Assembly (NCBI GenBank): GCA_963811105.1
Contig: CAWEPZ010000002.1
Coordinates: forward strand, 416,001 to 480,000
DNA length: 64,000 nucleotides
DNA from: Candidatus Bathyarchaeota archaeon
Lineage (GTDB): Archaea; Thermoproteota; Bathyarchaeia; Bathyarchaeales; Bathycorpusculaceae
Direction of reading: 5' to 3'
Each line of letters begins with the position of its first letter. The first letter of the stretch is position 1. Shown one piece after another: positions 53,806-63,516 of the stretch. Position numbers and translations under genes: made by a program. A model generated the notes under the pieces. The model was not told the origin of the DNA. It was given only the letters and a program-made list of their open reading frames with translations, and searched no databases.

Positions 53806-55273
53806 GACTTTGGGACAAAATTATTTTATCCATGCTTCCCTAGCAACTATGCCTTCTAGGTAGTAAAGATAGCATAAGCGTTTTAGGTTGTAGTCGCATT
53901 GTCTGGCAAAGGCTTCTTGGTCTTTGCGGGAGGCAAGTTTCTTTCTAAGAGGAATAAGGCAGTGTCTTTTCTGTGTTGAAAACGCGCCTTCAATGTTTGA
54001 ACGTTTATGGTACTCTTGGAGCCATTTCTGAGAATCAGAAAGCTAATCTTCCAACATCTTGCGCCAAGAGAGACGCTCCCTTTCTGGCGCAGTGTAATCC
54101 CCAGCTTAGGATAGAAATGCGGCAGAGCCCCAGATCTGCAGTCAGGCTGCAATTATACCGCGAAAGATAAGCTGAATCCGCAGAAACCAAGTCTATATGT
54201 TCATAGCGTTGTGCTGTCTCTCCAAGCAGCTTCTCAAAGTAGGGAGACTCATGATCGGTTGGGTTTTGGGCAAAAGCGTATGCCGAAACTATCTTGTAGG
54301 TGAGGTCCACCATCACCAATATTTTCTCATAGCCCTTTGAGGTATTGCCTTTTTGCCTGTCATTTTCGCAGTTTTTCTTGCATGAAGTTGAAAGACCGGT
54401 TGCATCTGGACCGAAAACATGTTCCAGCTCCCTTACCGGGTCATTGGTTAACTCGAAGACCTCGTTTAGGATTTGCCTGACTTTGGCGTCGTCGGAGGCT
54501 CGCTCTATGGTTTTGTATGAGAACAATTCTTTGATTTGCAGTTTTTCTTTGAAGAGCAGCAGGTAGCTTTGGGTAACACGGTTGCTTGAGCCCAAATACT
54601 GTGCCTCCATAACTGCCTTGGCCTGGCTCTGCAAGGTTAGTTTTTGGTCTTCCTGACCCTGAGTGTTTTGAGGGCTCTTCTACGCCCAGGTCGTTTGCTG
54701 CTTTATTGGCGATGTCACGTATGAGGTTTAGCATGTCGTTTGCTTCGTTTATCTGGGCTTGGTCATAGCTTGGCCAGTCAATTGGTTTTTGCTCTTTGGG
54801 CGTGTACTTGAAGTTGTCTGCTTTGAGATCGGCTACGAATGTGTTTAGTTGCTGCTGGGTTTTGTTTTTCGTGTTATCGCCTGCTACTTTGTTGTACCAG
54901 CATGCTTATATATTTTATGCGTGTTATCTACGCATATATGAAAGCTGAACTACTCGCCTTTCGAATCTACAAAAAAGATAGCGCATCAACTAAAAATAAC
55001 CAGGCGTTAATGAACCGTTTTGTGCAGAAATTCTATGGACAAGACACCACAAATCACAAGGGCAAATACCGTTTCCACAGGCACGGCTTTCTGGAAGACA
55101 TTGCTCATATTAAACTAATAAGAGGCGTGATAATTCTGCGGGAAGAAGACGTTGAGCGCGTTATGAAATTCCTAAGCGAGTACGACGCCGAGGTTCACAT
55201 ACGTGACATCACACCCACGCCTGAAGACGAGAAAAATCTAGCAAACAAGGACTAATATTTTTGTCCCAAAGCC
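53806..55273 (-). mobile_element. IS5/ISNCY-like insertion sequence with frameshifted DDE transposase and a passenger gene
   Basis: TIRs GACTTTGGGACAAAATTATT / AATATTTTTGTCCCAAAGCC (18/20 match); flanks TAGGCATT / (T)TAGGTATT; DWPSYDQAQ, DATGLS, ADSAY, YHKRSNIE motifs. Confidence 0.85.
54938..55255 (+). CDS. small IS passenger protein, function unknown
   Basis: 105 aa from ATG 54938; RFVQKFYG..GKY....GFL..I..IKLIRGVII; lies inside the TIRs. Confidence 0.7.
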   Translation: MKAELLAFRIYKKDSASTKNNQALMNRFVQKFYGQDTTNHKGKYRFHRHGFLEDIAHIKLIRGVIILREEDVERVMKFLSEYDAEVHIRDITPTPEDEKNLANKD

Positions 55274-55337
55274 TTAGGTATTACTCTCGATATGACCCGT
55301 ATTAAACATAGACTTTGTTCTTATATTAGGCCGGATG

Positions 55338-58300
55338 TTAGGCTTTTTTAAGAATGTGGCGCTTGACCAATTCTTCAACTATTGTTGGTATTTGTCCTTT
55401 GATTATATCGGCTGCGGCAGCTATGGTGGCTCGTTGTTTTGGGTCGGTTAGCTGCAGGATAGTTTTCTTCATGAAGTCTTCACCAAGAGCTGTCGGTGCA
55501 GGTACGTAGTCCCACACTCGTTTCATTAGGACCGCTTTGTTAAGGGCCCCTTTTGAGTTAACGGCATTAAGGATGTTGACTTGTGACTGTGCCACGGCCA
55601 GTTTGGCGATTTTCATTGTTTCTTTGCTGAGGTATCCGTCACCTGTGACTTGCCATTTGTCTCCTCTCGCGTTTTCAACTAAAACTCCATTCTTGTTGAG
55701 GTTGTCGTGAACTATTAAAGCCGCAGAATTCAGCAGTGTGGGCTGGCCTTCTTTACTTTTATAGATTCCTTGCAAAAGCTTTGAAAAGCGCGAAGGGCTA
55801 TCGATATTCGGTCGGAAAATCACTCCTTTCCATTCAACTGTTTCATATTGAGAAAGGAGATCTGAGACTTTCGTGTCTGCCCATGCAGCTTTGGCAACTT
55901 CATCGAAAAAGTTCTCAAGTGCTTCGGAGTCAGAAAGTGCCTGTTTCAGCTTATTCATGACATCTTGCTTGTTAAACATGTGGCCGCTAGCGAATGCATC
56001 TGTCAAGAAATGGTCTGCGAACCCGTTGAGTGCTAACGCCTTGTTTTTGTCACCCAGTTGGGCTGCATCTAGAGCTTGCGAATGATACTCTTCCCATGTA
56101 GTTTTGTTGTTTTCGCCTGAATTCCCCGTGGAAGACGCCAGAATAGACGGGTTAGAGGGGCTAAAGTGCCCAACGTTACTCTCCGCCAGCTTGAGGTACT
56201 CGCCGCCGGTAGCCTTTTGCCAGTCTTCAGTACCCACAGAACTGTGGTTTGCTCTTTGCTTCCTAATCAGATCTCTAAGTTCAATCAATTTACCTGGGTC
56301 TGCCTTAAGCATGTCTAAAGGTGTCCTAAAAAAATCACCCATAGTGATTACCTCTCCATATGTGAGGTCGACTCCGTTAACCTTGACTATTTGTGCTTTC
56401 GTCGGTTCGTTTTTGCCTGTGTCCTCACGATTTTCGCCTGAGACTGCAAGTTTTCCAGTTGGGATAATGACTTTGACGCCTCTGTCAAATCCTTTAATAA
56501 TCTTATTGGTTCTGGGAACCTTCCAGGCTCCAACTGATTTAGAGTTACTATCTGCGATGGATTCTTCAGAAACGCCGAACTTAGAGGCAAGGTAAACTAT
56601 GGTGTCGCCAGGAATAACTACCCTTTCGCCTGCGTTAAAGCCATAAATCTTCTCGCCTAAGGGCGTTTCCCAGCCTCTTATGAGGGAAGCGTTCCTAGCT
56701 AGAAGGAATTCTAGCGGTACATCATATTTAGCTGCAATGGCTTGGGGCATTTCTCCTCTAGCGACAACATGCGTTTCTGGCTCGACAAAGTACGGTATTA
56801 GTTCAGGACCTATAAGACCCTCAACCTCTCCGAGTATGGCATGTTCATAAGTCGAGTATCTCTGGACTAAGTAGCCTCCAGACAACTGATGAACAGACCT
56901 CAATTGCTTTGGTTCTTTCACATAGCCCAACACTTGGCCAATTATTGTTTTTGGGGCTGACTGTTGCAAGACGTGAGCTAGCTCATGCGCCAGTAATCGC
57001 TGTCCAACGCTTGACTGTGGCGCATGCTGCCCCGTGCCAAATACCACATTCTGTCCGACGCTATATGCTTGCGCGTTTATTGCCCGTGCTGATTCTGCGG
57101 CTTTGGCATCCGTATGCACGCGCACTTGGCCAAAGTCGTGACCGAAGCGTGGCTCCATGAATGCACGCGTTGCGGCATCGAGCGGTTGACCCGATGATTG
57201 CAAAACTTCATCAACGATTGATGGTGCAACAGCGCCGTCCACTGGCTTCAATCCGCTTTCGGCTTTGCGTTGTAGCGGAGTCGTCTCCTCCTTTTCCTCC
57301 GTCTCGCTCGGCGCGTTGGAAGAAGTCAGAGGCTGCAACTCCAATTGCTGATCAAGGAGGCGGATGGTTTTCGGTTGGAATGGCGATTCAAACGTCGGAA
57401 GCCTCAGTCCGGTATGAGGCTCGTCCTTCGGCACTGGATAAGTTGGAATGAGCGGGTGCCCGTCAGTTCCCGGCAGCGCTCCGAAGCTATTCAGCGTGTA
57501 GCTCTCAATAGCTTCCTGTTCCTGTTTCTGCTGGATGTCTTCCGCGGAGCCGGGCTTGTATTTCATCCCGGCGCGGAATTTCTCCTGTTCGGCAGCTATT
57601 CGTGCTGTCTCTGCGCGATAGCGCTTCGAGTCCGTCTTCTTTTCGCCTTTCGGCGAATAGCTGAAGGTGATAGCGGCCTTCGTGGGATGATCAACCGCCC
57701 CCTCGTAAGTGATCTTCACCGACAGTCCGGGCCAGATGCTATCGAGCGGGATATCGGGAATTTGCGCGGGTAGATCCGTGTGGGTTGCGGCAAGCGCGGA
57801 GACCACTCCTACCGCCAACGCCCCCATACTGACTTTTCCCGGCAGAGTGTCGATGAAGCTCTCGGCGCTATTGACAAGCGGATCCTGATTGACGGCGTCG
57901 GTTAACTTTTTCCAAAATTCGGTCTCCATTAACGTCTCCAGAAACGCCCCACCCGTCTTCTTCGCCGCTTCTTCATAATTGTTCGGATTGGGCGCAGGCT
58001 GATCGCCCGGCCAGCCTCCCGGCGTCTGCCGTTGCACCGTTCCAAGCATAATGTTGGAAATAGACCACGATGGCATGCGTCGTTCGGTCATCACAACTTC
58101 CGCCACCCGGTCCGCTTCCTGCTCGTAAATGTCTCCAGGTTGGTTGATGACGAGTTTTTTTTGTATTTTTTGGGGGCAGGCATGTGGAGTTGTTTTTAGT
58201 GGACATGTAGCCGTAGCGTCTTTTGAGAATGAATTGTTTTCTGCGGCAGGATAGATTGGGAAGTTGCCGAATCGCAGGTTTACTCCGGGGTTGTTGTTTT

Positions 58301-58421
58301 CGTTTGTGAGGTTTGTCTTGGGCTCGCTTTGTTTTGTCATGAAAAATGTATGGTGAGCTCTCATTGTTGATTTATCTGCAACTTTTTTTTGTACAGGTTC
58401 AAAACTCATTTCTTGTTCCAA
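55338..58421 (-). CDS. candidate CIS effector: DUF4157 + 2x LysM + zinc metallo-phospholipase C-like domain
   Basis: QPGDIYEQEADRVAE; SGQPLDAATRAFMEPRFGHDFGQVRVH..LLAHELAHVLQQ; LysM HVVARGE..AIAAKYDV..LLARN; YGEVITMGDFF, FADHFLTDAFASGH, HD.LN..GV.V.NARG..W...GDG. Confidence 0.85.
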   Translation of the reverse strand: MEQEMSFEPVQKKVADKSTMRAHHTFFMTKQSEPKTNLTNENNNPGVNLRFGNFPIYPAAENNSFSKDATATCPLKTTPHACPQKIQKKLVINQPGDIYEQEADRVAEVVMTERRMPSWSISNIMLGTVQRQTPGGWPGDQPAPNPNNYEEAAKKTGGAFLETLMETEFWKKLTDAVNQDPLVNSAESFIDTLPGKVSMGALAVGVVSALAATHTDLPAQIPDIPLDSIWPGLSVKITYEGAVDHPTKAAITFSYSPKGEKKTDSKRYRAETARIAAEQEKFRAGMKYKPGSAEDIQQKQEQEAIESYTLNSFGALPGTDGHPLIPTYPVPKDEPHTGLRLPTFESPFQPKTIRLLDQQLELQPLTSSNAPSETEEKEETTPLQRKAESGLKPVDGAVAPSIVDEVLQSSGQPLDAATRAFMEPRFGHDFGQVRVHTDAKAAESARAINAQAYSVGQNVVFGTGQHAPQSSVGQRLLAHELAHVLQQSAPKTIIGQVLGYVKEPKQLRSVHQLSGGYLVQRYSTYEHAILGEVEGLIGPELIPYFVEPETHVVARGEMPQAIAAKYDVPLEFLLARNASLIRGWETPLGEKIYGFNAGERVVIPGDTIVYLASKFGVSEESIADSNSKSVGAWKVPRTNKIIKGFDRGVKVIIPTGKLAVSGENREDTGKNEPTKAQIVKVNGVDLTYGEVITMGDFFRTPLDMLKADPGKLIELRDLIRKQRANHSSVGTEDWQKATGGEYLKLAESNVGHFSPSNPSILASSTGNSGENNKTTWEEYHSQALDAAQLGDKNKALALNGFADHFLTDAFASGHMFNKQDVMNKLKQALSDSEALENFFDEVAKAAWADTKVSDLLSQYETVEWKGVIFRPNIDSPSRFSKLLQGIYKSKEGQPTLLNSAALIVHDNLNKNGVLVENARGDKWQVTGDGYLSKETMKIAKLAVAQSQVNILNAVNSKGALNKAVLMKRVWDYVPAPTALGEDFMKKTILQLTDPKQRATIAAAADIIKGQIPTIVEELVKRHILKKA

Positions 58422-58486
58422 TTAATAATCTGCTTTTTAAGGAATTAAAAGCTTGTCCCGATAGTCTAAAACATAAATTAAAGTAA

Positions 58487-59764
58487 CTGACTGTTTGCAT
58501 TTTCACGTTATTTCGTGTTTATGATTCACAGTATGCTTTTGTTTGTTAGTTTTGTGTTTCTTATTTTGAGTATGAAAAGGTGCATGGCTTTTCTCCTTAC
58601 CCACTCAACGTGGCCTCGATAGAGGGAAGACTCTTCACAACAGGATACCTAAGAAGCCTACGCCTTAAAACGTCAAGGAGAATACAGGCCAAGGCGACTA
58701 GGTGCGCGTGTATGAGCGCCGCTTCGCTCTCCCTAAACCTGTATTCCCCAAAGCCTAAGGCTTTAGCCTCCTTATAGAAGCATTCTGTTCTATGCCTCTC
58801 TAACGCATGCCCCAAAATCACCTCAACACAACAACCCATCAGATCAGTACACAGAAAATGAACATCCTTAGTGCCTGCCTTAACGTTCATCACGATGGAG
58901 AAATAACCCATCTTAGGCATGAAAACATCAGCCTTAAAGGCAGAATAAACCTCGCCCTTCACCACCACATTAAAGAAACCACCCTCTGAACGAACCTTAT
59001 CAAAGAGCTCGTTTAAACGGTACCTTTTATCCTCGTAAAACACGATTCTGTTGCTCTTAATCTCGCCTACCCAACTATATGCGTGAGATCTGCATTTTGA
59101 CGCCATCTCCTGGCAGGTGAACCAGGAATCCCACAGTCAAATCGTCTTCTTCACCAATGGAGTGTGCTCATCGAGGATGTCGCATGCTAACTGCAGCCTC
59201 GTTTTAAACTCGATTCCTTTCTCTTGGCACTTCTTCTGGTTGCCACACAGCTTCAAGCCGTCCGGCACAGCAACTGAGTTGTTTACATAGAGGGATGTGA
59301 CGTATTCGTGGCTTAGCACTGTTCCCATAGTTGAGGAATGATTGTAACCGACCATCTCGGTGCTTTTGCTATACTTGGTATACGGTGTCGTCGATGATTT
59401 TGTACTCAAATGAGCTGTCTATATTTGATTCGCTAAGAAGCATGGTTTTGGCTTGGTTAGTTATTACTTTGCTGTCCCATTTTGGGTCGGTTACGAATCG
59501 GTGAAGGGTGCTTTGGTCTTTTTTGTCAATGAAGAGCTCGTTGATGCTTTTGATGTCGTGTTCTCCTTTGCTGGCGACTATGAGTCCTAGTTTTCTTCTG
59601 CAGAAGTTCTCGAACTGAGGCTTGCTGAAGATGGGCTTGAACTTTGAAAAAAGGTGTTTCAATCGACGGGGAATGCCTGCAATAAATCCGAACATGCAAT
59701 TATGTATGTGTCGATGAAAAAATAAGCTTTGAACACAGAACGACGAAAAAACGCAAACACTCAG
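58487..59764 (-). mobile_element. IS701-family insertion sequence, transposase frameshifted
   Basis: DQSTLHRFV..WD, IIDDT, DSWFT, R...E.FYKEAK.LG..EYR; TIRs CTGACTGTTTGCATTTT / AAAACGCAAACACTCAG; flanks GTAA / GCAA. Confidence 0.85.
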
Positions 59765-59885
59765 GCAATATATGTTGAAGGATTTCAGTTTTATAACCTC
59801 CGATATCTACTGAAACAACAGGGACCATTTGTTTAATGAATAGTTCTAGTGATCGGTGTGCTAATCTAATTGGATCGATTATGTT

Positions 59886-60380
59886 TTAAATTACTTCTAG
59901 AGCTCCGTCATTTATTGAAACGCTGGCAGGAGTTAACTTTACTTTGGCTGAACCGTTGCTAAGTTCTATTCCTGTTATGTCCATGACGATTTTCAGTCCA
60001 GAGGTGGTTTCAACTGTGACGCCTCCTATGCCTGGTAAGTCGCTTAAAGTTATTGTTGCAGTATCTGTCTTTATCACTTTAATGTCGGGAATCGCGGGTG
60101 TCTTAGGGGCTTCTCCTAAGGCCCAAAAACCGCCTGACCAGATGGGGTGTTCAAGTTCTCCTCCTTCAAATTCGATCCAGATGTTTGCGTCCACCGGTGG
60201 TATGAAGAAGAATCCAACACCGTTTCCGGCATATGGCGAACATGGTAAGGCCCAGCCTGTTTCTTCGTCTTCTAGAACGGCTGGAACTTTAGCTCGGATT
60301 CGTCCAAGCATTAATGGATCTGTGTTCTCTGACACTGTTCCTCTGTATTTTCCCAGAAACAGCTTTTTTTCTCCGCTCAT
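59886..60380 (-). CDS. spike protein, gp5/VgrG OB-fold (baseplate assembly protein V)
   Basis: GKYRGTV..NTDP..LGRIRAKVP, WALPC.PYAG, IPPV..NIWIEFEGG...PIWSG. Confidence 0.93.
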   Translation of the reverse strand: MSGEKKLFLGKYRGTVSENTDPLMLGRIRAKVPAVLEDEETGWALPCSPYAGNGVGFFFIPPVDANIWIEFEGGELEHPIWSGGFWALGEAPKTPAIPDIKVIKTDTATITLSDLPGIGGVTVETTSGLKIVMDITGIELSNGSAKVKLTPASVSINDGALEVI

Positions 60381-61516
60381 GTGGGCACCACCGGCGATAT
60401 TGAGCCGAGTCCTTCACGCGTTAGATTGAAGCTTTGCTTATATTCTCCAATTTTTATTTTGTGAGTTACATTTTTGACATAGTAAATCCCATCATAAGAA
60501 TTGCCAATTCCTCTTACGCCAACCAGCCTGCGAGCGCGAAGCACGTCTCCATAAGCAACCGAGTCAATTTCTCCACTCGCACTAACCGCATCAATCGAAT
60601 TATCTGTCTCTGACTGAGCTTTTGAATAAGCCTCCAATGTGTTGAGGCCGTTACCACTAAAATGCTTTTTCCGAACGTTCGGTTGATTCACTAGCCATGC
60701 CGGTTTAAGAGTTAAGGGGATACGAAGGCTGCCCAACGTTTGCACCGGAACTGTTTTGTCCAGAGTTCTGTCATCAACTTTTCCTTTTACAAAATAAGGT
60801 TTGAGTGAATTATATTGAAAGTTGATTGATGTTACGTTCGTTTGAGCGCCCAAATTAGCTGAAAGCGCTGATTGCGGAGGATTTTGCACATTAATTTTAG
60901 GTCCCCAATAGGCTTTGTTAATTCCAGGTACGTCAGTTGGCTCGATATAGAAGCAGTAGCTGTTTTCAGTTGCAAGTTGCTGCACGTACGAAAGATCTGT
61001 TGCTTGCTGAGTAGGCGTATAATCCACGGAAATTGGTACAGACATTGATAATGGCGGAATTACATTTGGCATTAAACCATATTGCGCATATGACAGAATT
61101 ATTTTGTTGACTATTGCCAAGTCTGGCATATTATCGTTTTTATGAATTTTTTCCTCCATATCCATCATCACGCTAATATCTTCGCCAGTTACCACAAAAG
61201 TTGACTTGCCAGGGTCTTGACTAGGGTTAAACTGATGATGAGTAATCATGCCATCAATAAGGACCCTTGGAGTTAAGCCTATTGTGACCATAAGAATTAC
61301 TCGATTGAACGGTGTCAACAAAGGATTGCTAATCAAAGGATCATCAAAAATACCGGTTGGCCCACCTCGTCCCGCTGTGAAGGTTATCTGGAAACCATCT
61401 CGACCTTGGTCTGTATTGGTTATTTCTATCGATTGAATCGCTTGAGTCAATGTGAACGGTACAGGTACGGGAATTGTGGGTCCAATTAGCATGGTGAGGT
61501 GAATTCCAAAACTCAA
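60377..61516 (-). CDS. baseplate hub protein (gp27 / late-control D-like)
   Basis: VLIDG.IT, VTGEDISVMMD, TDLSYV..LA, YGDVLRARRLVGVRG.G.SYDG.YYVK.VTH. Confidence 0.85.
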   Translation of the reverse strand: MSFGIHLTMLIGPTIPVPVPFTLTQAIQSIEITNTDQGRDGFQITFTAGRGGPTGIFDDPLISNPLLTPFNRVILMVTIGLTPRVLIDGMITHHQFNPSQDPGKSTFVVTGEDISVMMDMEEKIHKNDNMPDLAIVNKIILSYAQYGLMPNVIPPLSMSVPISVDYTPTQQATDLSYVQQLATENSYCFYIEPTDVPGINKAYWGPKINVQNPPQSALSANLGAQTNVTSINFQYNSLKPYFVKGKVDDRTLDKTVPVQTLGSLRIPLTLKPAWLVNQPNVRKKHFSGNGLNTLEAYSKAQSETDNSIDAVSASGEIDSVAYGDVLRARRLVGVRGIGNSYDGIYYVKNVTHKIKIGEYKQSFNLTREGLGSISPVVPT

Positions 61517-61520
61517 TCGG

Positions 61521-61808
61521 TCACCGCCCTGGGAGCGGTATAAAAAGCAATTTACCCGGTTCCTTAGTTAAATCCAAAGGATACATTCCGTTGTTCTTGT
61601 CACAAACTCTCCAGAACTGTTCAGGCACACCAAGAGTTCTTGACGTGACTAAATCAATTCTATCTTGAGCCATAACAGTGGTTTGTATAAGTGTAGGCAT
61701 GTTCTCACCTTGAGGAAGAAAACGGCGTTTCTTATACGTAATTATGTTTACGTCTTTTTGGATTGTATCGTTTTCTATGTTTGAATATCGGCTAGTTTGG
61801 TCAAACAT
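61521..61808 (-). CDS. small LysM-like baseplate protein
   Basis: MF..TSRY, YKKRRFLP, DRIDL...LG.PEQFWRVCD.N. Confidence 0.85.
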   Translation of the reverse strand: MFDQTSRYSNIENDTIQKDVNIITYKKRRFLPQGENMPTLIQTTVMAQDRIDLVTSRTLGVPEQFWRVCDKNNGMYPLDLTKEPGKLLFIPLPGR

Positions 61809-61821
61809 CCTTAACTCACAC

Positions 61822-62481
61822 TCAGAAGAGTTTAGCGTTTCCAGATATCATAGAACCCAGATTAGATGCACTTCCAATTGCGGACATAGCTTCCTTTGCA
61901 ACTTGATGAGCAAGAAAAATTGCGTAACCTGGATGGCTCATCTCCAAATCATCGTAAGTTAGAACCCGCAACCCCAACGAAACCTTAGCTCTAATTGGAT
62001 TCAAACTCGAATCGTACGCTTCCTCCGTCACACGGTAATCGGTTATTCGAACTGGCAAGATACGTTTTAGCCCCCAAATAAAAAGTGTAAAAGGTCCCTC
62101 AGGCGGAGTAACTTCAATTGTGCCCAACGCTGCAAGAACAAAGTTCGCTATGACCAGTGCAGATTTTGGATAAAGTATCATCTCAAAAGCCGCAAGCTGA
62201 GGCAAGATTCCTAGATTCTTGGTTATTGCATTTTGATCGGGATGCTCAAGTTGATCTGTAGCGTCCAATTCAACATCGAGACTTATCGTTTCGATTGGTG
62301 CCCCCTTTAGCCTAAAGGCCTCAGATTTCCCTGCTCCTTCACTGCCCGATTGTGGTTTTAAGGTTCGAGTGAGAGTGTCTGGATTGTATTGAAAGACAAT
62401 AATTTGGGGAATCGGGAAAGAAACATCTACCGAAACTATCGCTCCCTTAACAACGCGTGGAGATCCCGGAAAAGTCGACAT
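61822..62481 (-). CDS. CIS tube initiator protein (Afp7-like N-domain)
   Basis: FQYNPDTLTRTL, ELDATD, LFIWG..RILPVRIT...TEEAYD..LNPIRAKV; start MSTFPGSP at 62481 with AGGAG RBS. Confidence 0.88.
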   Translation of the reverse strand: MSTFPGSPRVVKGAIVSVDVSFPIPQIIVFQYNPDTLTRTLKPQSGSEGAGKSEAFRLKGAPIETISLDVELDATDQLEHPDQNAITKNLGILPQLAAFEMILYPKSALVIANFVLAALGTIEVTPPEGPFTLFIWGLKRILPVRITDYRVTEEAYDSSLNPIRAKVSLGLRVLTYDDLEMSHPGYAIFLAHQVAKEAMSAIGSASNLGSMISGNAKLF

Positions 62482-62691
62482 AATTCTCCTATAGACAATA
62501 TTAACTCTTCCTGTATAAAAAAGTAAGTATGAAGCAAAACGTCTTGGTGTCCGTTGAATATTCATTTCGAGAAAACGTGTCCGACTTATAAATCGTATTG
62601 GTCGCCTGCAAAATAGTATCGCAAGATATTAATATCAAGACAAAGAAACTAGATTAGTCGATTTCTATGGGTTTGCAAGTAAATCAGAATT

Positions 62692-62717
62692 TTGACCTGC
62701 CTATTAACCCAGGTCAA
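62692..62717. promoter_or_regulatory. palindrome in the divergent CIS intergenic region
   Basis: TTGACCTG-N10-CAGGTCAA perfect 8-bp inverted repeat. Confidence 0.4.
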
Positions 62718-62820
62718 GCTGTCATTATTATGAGCAAATTATCATTCGATCTCGTCCAGATATTGGATCTTGAAATAGATTGGCGAACATTTAGCAGAAA
62801 AGTTGTTAGAGGATAGGTAT

Positions 62821-63153
62821 ATGCCCGGTTTTCTTCTACACGTGGGAATTGTCGGAATGTGCCCGCATGGTGGGCAGCTGTCCGAGATTACCTCTAATAT
62901 GAGGGTATCCGTTAGCAATCAGAAAGTAGTAACTGTGAATGATACTTTTCTAATTGCTGGGTGCATTCTTAGCATGTCAACACCGCCTAATCCATGTGTC
63001 AACGTCAAATGGGTTGTTCCCGCAACGCGGGTCTTTGTTACTGGTCAGCCTGTTCTCTTGAGCGACAGTGTTGGACTCTGTCAAGCTGCAACTCAAGCTC
63101 CTCAAGGTCCTCCAAACATCGTGAGCACACAACTTAGAGTAAAAGGAATGTAG
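62821..63153 (+). CDS. PAAR-like spike tip protein (DUF4280-like)
   Basis: CPHGG, IAGC, PC..V.W..PATRV...GQPVLL..S.GLC, Q.RVKG. Confidence 0.88.
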   Translation: MPGFLLHVGIVGMCPHGGQLSEITSNMRVSVSNQKVVTVNDTFLIAGCILSMSTPPNPCVNVKWVVPATRVFVTGQPVLLSDSVGLCQAATQAPQGPPNIVSTQLRVKGM

Positions 63154-63159
63154 TGGACT

Positions 63160-63516
63160 ATGCAGTACAATTATCCTTATCAAATTGATAATAATGGTCG
63201 CACAGCAATAGTTGGAGACAATGATCACATTAAGCAAATGATTGAACAAGTGCTCTTTACTTCTCCAGGAGAAAGAGTAAATCGCCCAACTTTTGGTACA
63301 GGATTAAATCAATTGGTTTTTGCTCCTCTTAGCGACGAAATTATTGCCACCGTGCAGTTACTGGTTCAAGGTGCACTACAACAATGGTTAGGGGATCTAA
63401 TTATTATTCAATCTGTTGATGTTTCAAGCGAAGAATCAACTCTGCAAGTTCAGGTTGTGTATACTAACAGACAAACTCAGCAGCAGCAAACTGCACAATT
63501 CACAAGAGGCATATAA
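63160..63516 (+). CDS. GPW/gp25 baseplate wedge / sheath initiator
   Basis: HIKQMIEQVLFTSPGERVNRPTFG.GL..LVF.P. Confidence 0.93.
   Translation: MQYNYPYQIDNNGRTAIVGDNDHIKQMIEQVLFTSPGERVNRPTFGTGLNQLVFAPLSDEIIATVQLLVQGALQQWLGDLIIIQSVDVSSEESTLQVQVVYTNRQTQQQQTAQFTRGI

Noticed and set aside
54938-55255. Immunity protein for the PLC effector
   Set aside because: Convergent with the effector and enclosed by IS terminal repeats, so it belongs to the IS
55736-58206. Multiple short ORFs overlapping the effector gene
   Set aside because: Antisense or alternative-frame shadows, favoured by the high GC content
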